Shown in pieces: positions 38,555-47,378 of a DNA stretch of 64,000 nt. The notes beneath the pieces were generated by a model that was not told the origin of the DNA, searched no databases, and saw only the letters and a list, made by a program, of their open reading frames with translations. The number at the start of each line of letters is the position of its first letter. Position 1 is the stretch's first letter. The stretch spans positions 183,990 to 247,989 of the forward strand of contig CAXXNY010000016.1 in assembly GCA_963674805.2 (NCBI GenBank), read 5' to 3'. The stretch is from Christensenellaceae bacterium. GTDB lineage: Bacteria; Bacillota; Clostridia; Christensenellales; CALMFG01. Position numbers and translations under genes: made by a program.

Positions 38555-39249
38555 TTCTGCCCCTTATCTCTTATTTATGCATTTTACAGTGTAGCTGAGC
38601 TTAATGCACATTAATATATTTTATACCATATTATTGTACACAATACAAATTATACTGCTCATACTTTTTTCTCAAGTTATTCCGACAAAATAGCATATTT
38701 CAGTCAGTATCGCCTATAGTCACATCTTCTGTTTTTCGCCAGATAGCTCTTAAGTTATAGCTGCCAGCTTAGCATCATATAGCCCGCTTTTTGCGAAGAC
38801 TTCTATTTTCAACTAAGGAACATTTGGCTCCCTCTACCTCCTACAGATACTTCGCCGTGGTGCCTGGCTTTAAATTGATGGTTGTTATTTTTTATTTCAA
38901 ATATTTTTTTAGCTAGTTTATACCATATACACACATCCTCGCATATGGCATAGATAATATCGGAAAAGCTCAAGTCAATAAACTTAAAACCATTTTTAGC
39001 AGTGCTCACGTACTCGTTGATGTGCCTTTCTAGTCACTTACCATCATTAGCGTATTACGTTCTGACAACAGTCATAGCTTCATTTTAATGTATAATTAAA
39101 AGAAACTTGAATAATATCGCATAGCTTATTATAATTTATATGTTCTAATATTTAATAACTTTTTCATCAGGGAGTAACGTATCATTAGTTCATTATTTAA
39201 TAAAAATAAAACACTATTCTCCATTCTTTTTATCGTCATTATTATTTCA

Positions 39250-40770
39250 TTGCTGTTCGCATATCAATTTTGCGATAAGGTTTTTTTTAGTTCTGAACCC
39301 ACAAGTAACGAATATTTTAAGCCTAACGGCCTTGCTTTTCTAATTATTTATTTTTTATCAATTGTTACTGTTGTTATTTGTTATTTAATGTATACAGTAT
39401 GGAAAATTCAAAAACATTGGATGCTTTTTTTTACTATTGTGCTTTTAGGATTAATCAGCGCGTTTGTTTCCCCACCATACACAGTTCCCGATGAGCCTGT
39501 ACATTTTCAGACAGCATATAAATTGTCAAATGTCCTTCTAGGGGCTGAAACAAAATTTGGCGGGAACGAGCTGCTTATAAGAAATGGTGATTTGCTTGGA
39601 TTGAAATATCTTGACACAAGGCCTAATCAAAACATTTACCACAACATTTTTTCATCTGTTGATTTTATCGCAAATCCCTTTGAAAAAGAGTTGGTTGTAT
39701 CAAATGCGACAATTGTCCACTTTGGATTTATTGCATACTTACCCCAAGCTCTTGGAATAACGTTAGCCAGATTATGTTCACTAGGCTTTACACCTTTAAT
39801 ATACTTAGGTATTCTTTTTAATCTGTTATTTTTTGCAAGCTGCTTTGCACTCGCTTTGAAGTTATTGCCCTTTGGGAAAAATATTTTAATTGCAGTTGCA
39901 CTTCTCCCAATGTGTGTTCATTTAAGTGGTTCATATACATATGACTTGACAATAATTGGACTGTCAGTTCTTCTATTTTCCTATATCATGCATTTAATCT
40001 ACCAAAAACCAGCTGTCTCTGTATGGGATGGATTAGCCATAACTTTGCTAATATTCTTTTTATCGCCATGCAAGCTTGTTTACTACCCATTGGCTTTTCT
40101 GGTTTTTTTGATACCAGCCTCAAAATTCTCAAGTGTTAAGAAAAAATATTTATTTGCTGCACTCGCTTTATTGACCGGGCTTTTTTCGCTGATTATTTTC
40201 AGACTGGATTTTTTGGCCTCGTTATTCCCCCAGCAAACCCCTTTAGATATAACTGATAGCAGTGCAAAAGCAGTGTCCGAAACATATACACTGTCTTGGA
40301 TACTATCTCATCCTATAAATGAATTAAGACTGCTAATTACCACCACCCGGGATACAGCTGCTTGGTACTGGGAAATGATGCTAGGAGCCTATTTAGGTTG
40401 GCAGGAAATTAATATTAATTTTATTTGGGTTTATATATATACTATAATCATAGGAATGTCCGTATTTGTAAAAGAAGAGCGTGATCCACAGATATCAGGA
40501 TTATATCGTGTAGTTTTCATCGTAATAGCTGGTATTATCTATGTATTAATAACCATTGCCATGCAACGTGTATGTACACCCTTCTCATGGGGAATTATCG
40601 TTGGCGTTCAAGGCCGTTACTTCACGCCGATTTTACCATTGTTGCTTTTTGCTGTAAAGGGAAATGCCATCACAGCAAATTCAAATTTTTCTAGAAATAT
40701 TTATTTTGGAATAATCATGGTTAATATTATGATTTTTTTAAATATATATTCGGTTTTTGTAAGCCGGTAA
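39250..40770 (+). CDS. DUF2142-like polytopic membrane protein (putative GT-C-type glycosyltransferase)
   Basis: It has a PDEPVHF motif after an N-terminal TM and many TM helices. The start is uncertain: the frame is open from 39178 with GGAG then ATC at 39181, the track start is TTG 39250, and there are internal ATGs near 39388 and 39418. Confidence 0.65.
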   Translation: MLFAYQFCDKVFFSSEPTSNEYFKPNGLAFLIIYFLSIVTVVICYLMYTVWKIQKHWMLFFTIVLLGLISAFVSPPYTVPDEPVHFQTAYKLSNVLLGAETKFGGNELLIRNGDLLGLKYLDTRPNQNIYHNIFSSVDFIANPFEKELVVSNATIVHFGFIAYLPQALGITLARLCSLGFTPLIYLGILFNLLFFASCFALALKLLPFGKNILIAVALLPMCVHLSGSYTYDLTIIGLSVLLFSYIMHLIYQKPAVSVWDGLAITLLIFFLSPCKLVYYPLAFLVFLIPASKFSSVKKKYLFAALALLTGLFSLIIFRLDFLASLFPQQTPLDITDSSAKAVSETYTLSWILSHPINELRLLITTTRDTAAWYWEMMLGAYLGWQEININFIWVYIYTIIIGMSVFVKEERDPQISGLYRVVFIVIAGIIYVLITIAMQRVCTPFSWGIIVGVQGRYFTPILPLLLFAVKGNAITANSNFSRNIYFGIIMVNIMIFLNIYSVFVSR

Positions 40771-40788
40771 AAATATGTCTTATGAAAA

Positions 40789-41142
40789 TTATTTTTTTAT
40801 CTTTTCGTCACTTTCCTCTTTTTTATCTATGGCGTATTTTTGAATTAATGCCTGAAGTTTAGATTCTAAAGAAGACATTTTCATCGAAATGCTAAAAAGT
40901 TTAATGATCAAAATAAATAATATAATTAGGAATATGAAATTAACAGGCGAAATAATACCAAGCAGGCTAACCGCCCAATTGATAATACTGGGGACAATAC
41001 CCAAAAGGGCAATAAGAAAAGCAAAAATTATCCAAAACAGCGCATCCTTTAAAACGATCTCAAATTTTCTTATTTTATACATAATCCATAGAAAAGTTAA
41101 AATGGATCCTGAAATTAAAAAGATCCTCAAAATTAACGACAT
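40789..41142 (-). CDS. DUF2304-like small membrane protein (GT2-associated)
   Basis: 117 aa with 3-4 TM helices and a C-terminal coiled segment. It overlaps the upstream GT2 gene by 10 nt, which is the usual GT2-DUF2304 pairing. Confidence 0.65.
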   Translation of the reverse strand: MSLILRIFLISGSILTFLWIMYKIRKFEIVLKDALFWIIFAFLIALLGIVPSIINWAVSLLGIISPVNFIFLIILFILIIKLFSISMKMSSLESKLQALIQKYAIDKKEESDEKIKK

Positions 41143-41840
41143 TTATTCACCACTTTCTTTCTTGCAAACTGCATTAACAGCAATGAAAAAACCATATGAA
41201 CCATATATTTGGCTGATTGAAAAAAATCAAGATAGCTTTCCCCTGCAAAACGTTTTTTCATCTTTACTTTGACTTCTTTAATTTGGTATCCGCACCGCAT
41301 TAAATACCCTAAAGTGTCTGGTTCTGGAGAGAAATTTATATTGTTGGCAAAAAGATCAATCATCTCTTGATTATAGATTCTCATACCAGATGTTGGATCA
41401 CTGATGTTTTTTCCAGTTGATATTTTTATCAGTCCTCGAATAATTAGGCTACCAATCATTCGTAGTGCTTTATGTTTTGACTCCGTAAGCGACCTGGAGC
41501 CAACCACAATATCTGCGTTACTCTCTAAAAGTGCATTATACATTGGTTCAATATATACAGCATCATGTTGCGCATCACCATCAAACTGAAGAACGGCCAA
41601 ATATTTATTCAAAAAAGCATATTGCATTCCTGCCTGGAATGCACCGGATAGGCCGATGTTAACCGGTAAATCCAGCATATTATATCCTTTATCCATGCAC
41701 AACTGCTTTGTACCATCTTTTGATCCGTCATTGACAATAATATAGTCAAATTGCGGGCAATTAGCTTTTATATCGGCTATTACCTCTTCAATGGACGCTT
41801 CTTCATTGTATGCAGGTATAACAATTAGTAAATCTTTCAT
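41133..41840 (-). CDS. GT2-family glycosyltransferase (polyprenyl-phosphate sugar synthase-like)
   Basis: 235 aa with motifs VIPAYNEE, NDGSKDGT and the DxD-like FDGDAQHD. Confidence 0.85.
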   Translation of the reverse strand: MKDLLIVIPAYNEEASIEEVIADIKANCPQFDYIIVNDGSKDGTKQLCMDKGYNMLDLPVNIGLSGAFQAGMQYAFLNKYLAVLQFDGDAQHDAVYIEPMYNALLESNADIVVGSRSLTESKHKALRMIGSLIIRGLIKISTGKNISDPTSGMRIYNQEMIDLFANNINFSPEPDTLGYLMRCGYQIKEVKVKMKKRFAGESYLDFFQSAKYMVHMVFSLLLMQFARKKVVNKCR

Positions 41841-41904
41841 CTGGGATCGTTTATCCTTAGTATTTAGTCACAGCAAATGAAGTTCTCTAAACTATTATGC
41901 ATCA

Positions 41905-42258
41905 TCATTTTTTAAAAACCGTCATAGTAAGCGCGCCGCTAATAATCAGGATTATACCGATTATCTTATATAAATCTAATGTTTCGCCCAGGAAAACCCA
42001 TGATACCAATGCAAGTGCTATAAATAGTAAACCGTAAGCTAGTGGAGAAATAAAGGTCAGTTCGAATTTCTGCAAAATAATCATCCATACAATAAAGCTA
42101 ATTACATAAAGTATCAACCCGATCAAGAAAAAATATCCGGTTTCAATTGATAACTTCCCCTTGGAAAAGCTAAACTGGCTCTCAGCTCCGCCAAGTTTAA
42201 CTAAAACCATTCCAAAGGCTCCACTAATAACGTAAAGTAATAAAAGCAGGTACTTCAT
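41905..42258 (-). CDS. Small 4-TM EamA/SMR-like membrane protein (ArnE/ArnF-type flippase-like)
   Basis: 117 aa with four predicted TM helices, located in a glycan locus. Confidence 0.6.
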   Translation of the reverse strand: MKYLLLLLYVISGAFGMVLVKLGGAESQFSFSKGKLSIETGYFFLIGLILYVISFIVWMIILQKFELTFISPLAYGLLFIALALVSWVFLGETLDLYKIIGIILIISGALTMTVFKK

Positions 42259-42259
42259 T

Positions 42260-43330
42260 TTATTTATTTTCCTTTGCTAAATTTACAATCTCATTCATAG
42301 CTCTAATAACATTTTCACCTTGGTCCGCAGAAATCGGGTCTTCAACCTTCCCAAGCATAATTGCATCTATATAATGTTTGATCACGACATCGTGACCATA
42401 TAACAGGTTCCCAAGAATCATTTTAAATCCATTGAAGATAAACCCTTTCCAATATGCAAACGTATATTTAACTGAATTTCTTAGCACATCTTTTGATAAA
42501 TGCAACCCATCGTTTTTTATTTCAATAAGCAAATCTTTAAAGAAATCATAAGAGACAAAATATTTTTCTGTAAAAATATCAAGATACCACTCACATACAG
42601 GTGCGTCAAAGTTAATATACATATGTACAGGAGTACATCCCGCAATCAATTCTGCTGAGATTGTTCTTGGTGTCTCACCCTCTATTACACTCCGAGTTGT
42701 GAAAACGTTACTAATTTCTACTGATCCGAACAAATTCGAAGCCGTATAAAAGAAATGAGCCGCTTCGTCAAAGAACAGTCCCAACGGCAACTCCTGATAC
42801 CAACTTGGGAGCCGCCTAGAACGGTTTGATATTTGAATGAGCGCGGCAGAAGTCACCTTGCCGTACTTGGACTGACTCAGGCGTTTTTCCAATTTCGCCA
42901 TTTTGTCAGCATACCAAAAATTATGCATAACATTTAGTACAAGATGACGTTCCTCTGAAATCTTCTTGACTATCTCACATTCTTTGACACGCATCATCAT
43001 GGGTTTTTCGACCAAGACATGCTTATTAAGTTCCAAACAAGCTTGTGTTAAAGAAAAATGCGTATGCGGCGGGGTTCCAATGATAACCGCGTCAATATCG
43101 TTATTAAACCAATCGCACTGTGCTAATTGTTGATGAAAGGATGAATCATTGCTTAGGATCAACGTATGTTCTACTCGGTTTATCTTTGCAGTTGAATAAA
43201 CATTTGCTTCATTTACTCCAATGATACCATTTATTAAGACATGTTTATTTTTCTTTGCAGCAGGAATATGTCTCGTGTTTGATATATTCCCCGCACCAAT
43301 GATACAAATGTTAATTTTTTTCATCTTCAA
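42260..43330 (-). CDS. Gfo/Idh/MocA-family oxidoreductase (nucleotide-sugar modifying?)
   Basis: 356 aa with the Rossmann motif ICIIGAGNIS and an EKP motif. Confidence 0.8.
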   Translation of the reverse strand: MKMKKINICIIGAGNISNTRHIPAAKKNKHVLINGIIGVNEANVYSTAKINRVEHTLILSNDSSFHQQLAQCDWFNNDIDAVIIGTPPHTHFSLTQACLELNKHVLVEKPMMMRVKECEIVKKISEERHLVLNVMHNFWYADKMAKLEKRLSQSKYGKVTSAALIQISNRSRRLPSWYQELPLGLFFDEAAHFFYTASNLFGSVEISNVFTTRSVIEGETPRTISAELIAGCTPVHMYINFDAPVCEWYLDIFTEKYFVSYDFFKDLLIEIKNDGLHLSKDVLRNSVKYTFAYWKGFIFNGFKMILGNLLYGHDVVIKHYIDAIMLGKVEDPISADQGENVIRAMNEIVNLAKENK

Positions 43331-44505
43331 TTTCCCATCTCTCTTGAAATATCAATCAATTTATCCGCGCAACAATCCCAACTAAAATATTTTTGCACTC
43401 TATTATAAGCGTTTTCAATTGCATTCCTTCTCTGTTTTTCATCATCTATAGCAAATTCAATAGCATTCTTTAAATTATCCACTGTATTCTCATCTAATAT
43501 AAAACCATATTCCTTAGAAATAATAACCTCTTTTGCCCCTCCATTTCTCGTGGTAATCACATAACTCTTACACGCAATTGCTTCTAATACAGATGTCGGG
43601 AGACCTTCGGGATAGTCTGTTGGTAAACAAAATATATCTGTTTGGCTCAACAGTTTTAGCGCTTGTGTATTCCCCAACCTGCCAAGAAAAATCACACCAT
43701 CATTCTTATATTTTTTAATATCAGATAATATTTTACCTTCGCCTGCGATAAATAAATAGATGTTTTTTTGTGTTTGTTGTAACATTGTAAATGCTTCGAT
43801 TAGTTTTTCAACACCTTTTTCTTTAACCAGCCTCCCTACATATGCAATAATAATTGCTTTGTCGTGAATGCTGTTATTTGCTAAATAATCAACCTTACAG
43901 TTATTTACTTGCCGATCCGTCTGTTCAACATCAATTGAATTGCAAAGCGTTCCGTTAGCCAAGATATTGAAATGTTTTAGCCAATCATTACAAGCCTTGC
44001 TAACACCATAAAAGGCATTGCACTGTTTCTTAATAAAAAAAGTTAATAAATGTTCATACCACCGTCCAAACAATGATATGATCTTATTGTCAAAAACAAT
44101 ATGGCCAGTCCCATGTTCTATCAATATGGACTTAATATGCTTCCTCTTTGCAAAAATCGCACCCAATAAAGAGTGTATATAAAATCTAGTATTGATTACC
44201 ACAATGTTTGGGTTGTGTTGGCTTATCTCGTTTAATATTGTTTTCGTTTTTTTATTAATAATTGGTATCGGCAAAGATCCGCGAATAAAGAAGTTCGCGG
44301 GCAATCGGTAAATGGTACCTTCCATTGACTTCTCTTTTGGTTGGCCCTCTTTTTCTCCGGATGACACAATAATAACATTATGTCCTTTTTCTTTAAGCTT
44401 TAATGCAAGTTTATGCGTATAGTTTTCGACGCCACCGATATGGGGTAGATATAAAGCTGAAAAAATACAAATCGTTTGCGTTTCATTCACTTCGCTATAC
44501 CTCAT
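43327..44505 (-). CDS. GT4-family (GT-B) glycosyltransferase
   Basis: 392 aa with the E-x7-E region PEGLPTSVLEAIA. It is the first gene of the minus-strand glycan operon. Confidence 0.85.
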   Translation of the reverse strand: MRYSEVNETQTICIFSALYLPHIGGVENYTHKLALKLKEKGHNVIIVSSGEKEGQPKEKSMEGTIYRLPANFFIRGSLPIPIINKKTKTILNEISQHNPNIVVINTRFYIHSLLGAIFAKRKHIKSILIEHGTGHIVFDNKIISLFGRWYEHLLTFFIKKQCNAFYGVSKACNDWLKHFNILANGTLCNSIDVEQTDRQVNNCKVDYLANNSIHDKAIIIAYVGRLVKEKGVEKLIEAFTMLQQTQKNIYLFIAGEGKILSDIKKYKNDGVIFLGRLGNTQALKLLSQTDIFCLPTDYPEGLPTSVLEAIACKSYVITTRNGGAKEVIISKEYGFILDENTVDNLKNAIEFAIDDEKQRRNAIENAYNRVQKYFSWDCCADKLIDISREMGN

Positions 44506-44831
44506 ACATTTTTTAGGTTAAAATATCTTGTACTATATAATTCCAAGCCTCAACACTATAACTGAAAGTAAAATGAAATAGTGTTATAATATTTCTCTTT
44601 CATCTAATAGAATACTTTTCAAACCAAATGTATTTTTACCATTAGATAAAACTTTTATTGTAGATTATCACAAATTGTATGTTTATTCAATGTAAGCATA
44701 TTTTGTTTTTGATATACCCTACAGAAATAGAAAAGATATCAAAATTACTGAAGTTTTGCGAAGCACAGGCATTAGCAAGCAAACTGATTCTGTATCGTTT
44801 TGGTTTGACTGTCGATTTCTATCCTGTTTTA

Positions 44832-44891
44832 GCGGGGCACGCGCGTGAGGCGCGCATCACACGGAGGGGCACAAACGGTTCAACCTGTTTT
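44832..44891. other. GC-rich structured element inside an AT-rich 445-nt gap
   Basis: gcGGGGCAC-GCGCG-tgagg-CGCGC-atcacacggaGGGGCAC-AAACGG-ttcaa-CCTGTTTTT. It has a 5-bp all-GC hairpin flanked by a GGGGCAC direct repeat. A second hairpin follows, with a T-run on the plus strand. Confidence 0.4.
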
Positions 44892-44950
44892 TCATAAAGC
44901 AAATATACCCACTAAAAAAGATGTGCATATATAGGCGCAGGCTTTGCCTG

Positions 44951-45151
44951 CTGGTGCGAGGAATGGGAGTCGAACCCACATGGAGGTTAATCCACACGGC
45001 CCTCAACTGCGATTTGAAATTTTACCTATGCTTGTTTGTTTCTTTTTATCGCCGTTTTATACAAAAAAAACGTAAACCCGTGCGCGTTTTGTTTATATTT
45101 GCATGTTATAGATCATAGGGTTTTGGATCTCATGTGACATATTTGTGACAT
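44951..45151 (-). ncRNA. tRNA-Leu-like pseudo-tRNA / tRNA-derived module, copy 2
   Basis: It aligns without gaps to 13824-14024, with about 170 of 201 identities by hand count. The T-arm, acceptor and CCA are identical. Here the variable-arm-like TGGA/TCCA stem is intact. The hairpin GCAGGC-ttt-GCCTGC abuts the CCA end. Confidence 0.55.
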
Positions 45152-45152
45152 G
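45128..45152 (+). repeat. 25-nt motif, copy 4: tctcatgtgacatatttgtgacatg
   Basis: Forms the distal end of module copy 2, 66 nt downstream of the SGNH hydrolase stop (on the minus strand). Confidence 0.75.
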
Positions 45153-45217
45153 CTCGCCCTTCTGTTTAATCTCTGATATTTGTTTCCACCTGCTATCACA
45201 AACAAATCATCCGATTA

Positions 45218-45847
45218 CTATTTGAAATATTCCATTATTTGTTTGGCTATACATTCGCCCAGTATTTTGTGGTTTTTTTCGTCAATATGCAGACCATCTG
45301 TTTTACTCGGTTTGGTGATCTCAGAAGCATCGCAGAACAGAGTATCATATTTATCCGATAACTGACGGTAATACTTGCCAATATTCTGTGATTTTTCTTC
45401 CGCATCATAAAACATCTCCGCAAACTGATTTTTTGGTGCGCATATATGTGGCGGTGATATTAAAAAAAGCTTCGGCGCCGTTGGGTTTGAATCGGACTTG
45501 AAATCATACGCTATCTTCAGCACCCTTTCCATGCCCCAAAACACATCAAAAGGAGACGCTGCAAACATCTGTTTTAAATCATTACTTCCCAGCATGAAAA
45601 CCACCATATCAAGCGGTTGGTGTGACGATAAACACGGGAATAAATAATCAGCGCCGCTGATTAAATTCATAACCGGATCATACCAAACCGTTGTCCTCCC
45701 CGGCAGCCCTTCTTCAATAATATTGAAGTTATCGCCAAGTATCTTCCGCACCACACCTGGCCAACGCTCATCCATTCCTAATCGTGTAGATGTCTCAGCG
45801 TCCCACCCAAATGTATTTGAATCCCCGTAGCATAGTATATTAATCAT
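45218..45847 (-). CDS. SGNH/GDSL-family hydrolase (esterase/deacetylase-like)
   Basis: Start at MINILCYGDSNTFG with GGGAGG upstream. Blocks GDS, LGSND and DGLH..H are present. Confidence 0.85.
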   Translation of the reverse strand: MINILCYGDSNTFGWDAETSTRLGMDERWPGVVRKILGDNFNIIEEGLPGRTTVWYDPVMNLISGADYLFPCLSSHQPLDMVVFMLGSNDLKQMFAASPFDVFWGMERVLKIAYDFKSDSNPTAPKLFLISPPHICAPKNQFAEMFYDAEEKSQNIGKYYRQLSDKYDTLFCDASEITKPSKTDGLHIDEKNHKILGECIAKQIMEYFK

Positions 45848-47366
45848 AATGCCTCCCTGTTGTATTGTCGTTCTCATTTTGATTTGTCGCGTAAGTCATA
45901 ATCATTTCCTGGGTCAATTCAATGTTATCCAATTCACCGTTAATTCTGCCACGGTGCATAATAATAACCCTGTCGCATAAGGACAATATCTCAGGAAGCT
46001 CAGATGATACCAGAATCACGCTGATGCCCTGTTTGGATAATTGATCAATAATCCCATATATTTCGGCTTTGGCTCCCACGTCAATCCCGTGCGTCGGCTC
46101 ATCCAGCAGCAAAATCTGTGGGTGATTCATCAGCCATCTACCGATAATCGCTTTCTGTTGATTCCCACCGGATAAATTGTTAATTTGATTTTTTAACGTT
46201 GGTGTTTTAATGTTAAGCTTTTTCTTTATTTCGCTTGCATCTTTGCCAATCCCGCGTTCGTTAACAAATCCAAACCGGCTTGTATGCTGTCGGTTTACGA
46301 CAGATATGTTCTCCTGAACACTTAAGCCGGGAAACAGTCCCTGTGTTTTTCTCCCCTCAGGTATCAATCCGATACCAAGGCCGATAGCCGTCGCAACAGA
46401 ATTAATGTTTTGTTTCTTACCGTATAAAAATATTTCACCGGAATCGCTTCTCATCTCGCCAAAAATTGTTTGAAGCAACTCGGTTCTTCCGGAACCAACC
46501 AAGCCCGTTATACCCAGCACTTCTCCCTTGCTTAAGTGAAAGCTGATATTATGTATCTTTTTATTGGTGAGATGTTTGACTTCCAGTACCTTTTCTTTTT
46601 TTGAGCGGTTCTCGCGCTTTAATGCGTTTTCAAACTCCTTGCCGACCATGTATGCGATGATATCTTTGACTGCAATCGTATCATTTTCAGCAGTAATAAT
46701 CAGGTTTCCATCACGCAATACCGTAATCCGATCAGCAATTTTTTTAATTTCATCCAACCGATGTGAAATGAAAATGATTGAACATCCTTTTTGCTTCAAT
46801 GTATCAATATGCTTAAACAGTGTTGCTGTTTCCGCTTTTGTTAAAGAAGATGTCGGTTCATCCATTATGATAATTTTATTATCCAGATAAATGGCCTTTG
46901 CAATTTCAATCAGCTGCATCTGGGAAAGGCTGAGGTCTTTGACTAAATCGTTATACCTAACGTCCTCAATATGGTATTCCTCTAATATCTTTTCACATTC
47001 AAACCGCATTTTTTTATTGCTAATGAATCCCAACTTATTTTTTATCTGACGGCCGATAAAGATATTTTCCATTACACTGAGTTCCGGCGCAAGGGACAGC
47101 TCCTGATGAATCATTGAGATTCCGTTGTCATGTGCATCCTTTGGATCTTTAAAATGCACCGGTTTGTTATATAAATATATCTCCCCGCTGTTAGTCGGCA
47201 TAACGCCGGATATTATATTCATCAGCGTTGATTTTCCCGATCCGTTTTCACCGACTAATGCGTGCACTTCGCCTTCAATAAGATCAAAATCTACCTGATT
47301 AAGCGCTCGGACACCAGGGAACTCTTTTACAATCTGACTAAGTTTTAAAACTGTCTTTTTCATCAT
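45840..47366 (-). CDS. Sugar ABC transporter ATP-binding protein (duplicated ABC domains)
   Basis: 508 aa with GENGSGKST and LSGGNQQK. Confidence 0.92.
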   Translation of the reverse strand: MMKKTVLKLSQIVKEFPGVRALNQVDFDLIEGEVHALVGENGSGKSTLMNIISGVMPTNSGEIYLYNKPVHFKDPKDAHDNGISMIHQELSLAPELSVMENIFIGRQIKNKLGFISNKKMRFECEKILEEYHIEDVRYNDLVKDLSLSQMQLIEIAKAIYLDNKIIIMDEPTSSLTKAETATLFKHIDTLKQKGCSIIFISHRLDEIKKIADRITVLRDGNLIITAENDTIAVKDIIAYMVGKEFENALKRENRSKKEKVLEVKHLTNKKIHNISFHLSKGEVLGITGLVGSGRTELLQTIFGEMRSDSGEIFLYGKKQNINSVATAIGLGIGLIPEGRKTQGLFPGLSVQENISVVNRQHTSRFGFVNERGIGKDASEIKKKLNIKTPTLKNQINNLSGGNQQKAIIGRWLMNHPQILLLDEPTHGIDVGAKAEIYGIIDQLSKQGISVILVSSELPEILSLCDRVIIMHRGRINGELDNIELTQEMIMTYATNQNENDNTTGRHYD

Positions 47367-47378
47367 ATTCCCCTATGT

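Noticed and set aside
38809-39009. 66-aa minus-strand ORF in the 695-nt gap between the double-GT2 gene and the DUF2142 gene
   Set aside because: It has a GTG start without an RBS and no recognisable domain. It may be a gene remnant, but I cannot support a call.
11690-45152. Reading the TGTGACA-N4-TGTGACA motif as a CRP/FNR or Rex operator
   Set aside because: Those regulators bind inverted repeats (TGTGA-N6-TCACA, TTGTGAA-N-TTCACAA). Here the half-sites are direct repeats, and three of the four copies are not in promoter positions.
44679-45365. Track ORFs 44679-44897 (+), 44921-45118 (+) and 45180-45365 (+)
   Set aside because: They have no RBS and odd composition. They overlap the GC-rich hairpin element, the tRNA-like module and the 3' end of the SGNH gene respectively, so they are most likely non-coding.
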